From Convolutriloba macropyga (lineage: Eukaryota): a DNA stretch of 64,000 nt. A program made the position numbers and the translations under genes. How positions within the stretch are numbered: the first letter of the stretch is position 1; every line of letters starts with the position of its first letter. The notes under the pieces are model-generated. The model worked only from the letters and a program-made list of their open reading frames with translations, did no database searches and was not told the DNA's origin. The stretch is taken from positions 22,940,001 to 23,004,000 of the forward strand of contig NC_134481.1 of NCBI RefSeq assembly GCF_964194025.1, written 5' to 3'. Shown piece after piece: positions 62,201 through 64,000 of the stretch.

Positions 62201-63558
62201 CCTGTTTCCAATTTTCGCCCTAATACCCACTTGTAGATTTTGAAATCCATACCCTTTTATCTCCATGCAACACTACCCTACTATACATTCAAATCTTCAC
62301 TATATAATCCAATTGCAGATATTCAAATATATAGCCTATTATCCCCAAGGCAAAAACCTAACATACTTTCCCATGAAACACAATACCAAAAATATCTTAA
62401 TTCAAATTCTGATCTGTTTTCCCGCATGCAGATATTGTAATGCATACCTTTTTATCCCCATACAAAACTATACACTGCTATCTCCATTGCAAAACTATAC
62501 CCTATTACTCCCAAGCAAGACTATATCCTATTTTCCCGATTCAAATCTTCACACTGTTACCGCTTTGAGATATTCAAACTTTTGCCCTATTATACTCATT
62601 GCACACCTATACCTATGATCCCCATGCAATACTCGACCGTACTATCCTGTTTTCAATCTTCACCCTAATACCCACTTGCAGATTATGAAATCTATACCCT
62701 ATTATCTCCACGCAACGCAATACCCTACTATACTGATTCAAATCTTCACTCTATAATCCGTTTGCTGATATTCAATTATATAGCCTATTATCCCCAAAGC
62801 AAAATTATACCCTCTTATCCCATGCAACACTTTAAACTACTATCCTGATTCAAATTTCACCCCAATACCAGCTTGCTTACTTTGAAATCTATACCCTACT
62901 ATATCCATATCAAAACTCTACTCAGTTATCCGCATGCATTTTTAGACCCTACTATCACCATTCAATTTTTGACCCTTTTAACAGATAAAATTCTCACCCT
63001 TTTAACAGGTTAATTCTATAACCTATTATCTCAATGGAAAAATTAAACCCTATTATGCCATGCATTAAGCGTTTTGTAACTCCAGTGGCCAGACTGTAGC
63101 AAGTAGCGGTTGTACATGTAACGGTTTTGCCCTATTATCCCATGTATTAAGAAAGAATAAAATCGGAAGAAAGCAAGTGAAATGTTTTACATGTATCACC
63201 GCTAAGGATAACCCACTCCCTAGTATCCCATGTACTATATCGAAGGATTACCCACTCCATATTATCCCATGTATTATATCGAAGGATAACCCACTCCCTA
63301 TTATCCCATATATTATATCGAAGGATAACCCACTCCCTATTATCCCATGTATTATATCAAATGATAACCCACTCCCTATTATCCCATGTATTATATCGAA
63401 GGATAACCCACTCCCTATTATCCCATGTATTATATCAAATGATAACCCACTCCCTATTATCCCATGTATTATATCGAAGGATAACCCACTCCCTATTATC
63501 CCATGTATTATATCGCATGATAACCCTCCCTTTCCTAGTGCTCCCTATATTTACTACT
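56217..63558 (-). repeat. Right arm of the giant inverted repeat (7342 bp)
   Basis: Mirror ORF pairs (53872+/58824-, 51567-/61144+, 50975-/61655+) confirm the symmetry; carries about 1.46 kb of extra blocks. Confidence 0.96.
63207..63518 (+). repeat. 39-bp minisatellite, 8 copies, subterminal in the right arm only
   Basis: Unit GATAACCCACTCCCTATTATCCCATGTATTATATCGAAG at 63207+39n. Confidence 0.95.
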
Positions 63559-63564
63559 GGTGTA
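63559..63564 (+). other. Right 6-bp target-site duplication GGTGTA
   Basis: Immediately follows the terminal ACTACT. Confidence 0.9.
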
Positions 63565-64000
63565 AGTTTCTCTGCGTTGAATTTAATTTTCCATTGAGAA
63601 TACAACTGGTCATTAAATAACAATTTTTCCAGCATTGCGAGCAGCAATGCAGAAGATGCAAAAGGAGCACATATGCGTTCTTTGAAGGACACCCACCAGG
63701 TTGCAGTGCATCAATCTCGAGATACAAAATAAAAAAAAAACATTTAAAAAACTAAAGGGAGAATTACAGATTCAGAATTACAAGGTCGATCTAACGAGGT
63801 CATTGTTGAAAGGATTGAGTTGCTGGCATAAAACGCATCAAGACTACACCGGAAAAACCAAAAGAAGAATAGACATAGTTCAGAGACCCGGGAGAAATTA
63901 AAATTTAGACTATAATTATTGTTATTAATGGACAGTTTTTTGAATTTCTGGAAATTCAAAAAAGGAAAAAATATGCAGCGTTTTTCATTTTCTATACTGA

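Larger units (their letters stand above)
50311..63558. mobile_element. 13,248-bp palindromic non-autonomous Maverick/Polinton-type element
   Basis: Starts AGTAGTAAATATAGGGAGCACTAGGAAAGGG and ends CCCTTTCCTAGTGCTCCCTATATTTACTACT; 6-bp TSD. Arms 50311-56187 and 56217-63558 are reverse complements. No recognisable protein genes. Confidence 0.88.

Noticed and set aside
50264-62618. Tyr/Leu/Thr/Ile-rich ORFs inside the palindrome
   Set aside because: Translations of low-complexity repeats, with no domain motifs and inconsistent frames between the arms.
63207-63518. CRISPR-like array or 147-aa repeat protein (63177-63620)
   Set aside because: Head-to-tail 39-bp units with no unique spacers in eukaryotic DNA; the ORF is a by-product of a unit length divisible by 3.
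50311-63558. Giant palindrome as a fold-back read or assembly artefact
   Set aside because: The arms differ by many substitutions and large indels, and the symmetry stops exactly at AGTAGT/ACTACT with a direct 6-bp TSD. An artefact would give identical arms and mirrored flanks.
63565-63720. Minus-strand reading frame that stays open across the reconstructed empty site (..AEKLTP|FDHQIV..)
   Set aside because: Short, with no recognisable homology or clear splice signals; cannot claim an interrupted gene.

Overview
AT-rich animal (invertebrate-like) nuclear DNA; not prokaryotic. (1) 1-19715: a decayed Maverick/Polinton (adintovirus-type endogenous virus). It carries protein-primed PolB with N-terminal C2H2 fingers, adenain-like protease, major and minor capsid proteins, a basic core protein, retroviral-type integrase, a packaging ATPase, a small 2-TM protein and an intact PLA2-like ORF. 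Its putative right end is ...ACTACT at 19715; the left end lies outside the window. A recent 4.5-kb internal tandem duplication postdates its inactivation. (2) 19.7-50.3 kb: host DNA with intronless SDE2, a 9-unit ~660-bp satellite, a degenerate ACAD9-like gene and TM2D3/almondex with a decayed LINE in its intron. (3) 50311-63558, the main discovery: a 13.2-kb, almost entirely palindromic, apparently non-coding element. It starts with AGTAGT, ends with ACTACT and is flanked by a perfect 6-bp duplication (GGTGTA). It looks like a giant snap-back non-autonomous Maverick that integrated as a unit. Its terminus matches the first Maverick's end at 13 of 16 nt, and both elements are followed by GGTGT. 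All calls come from reading the sequence by eye; no searches were run.
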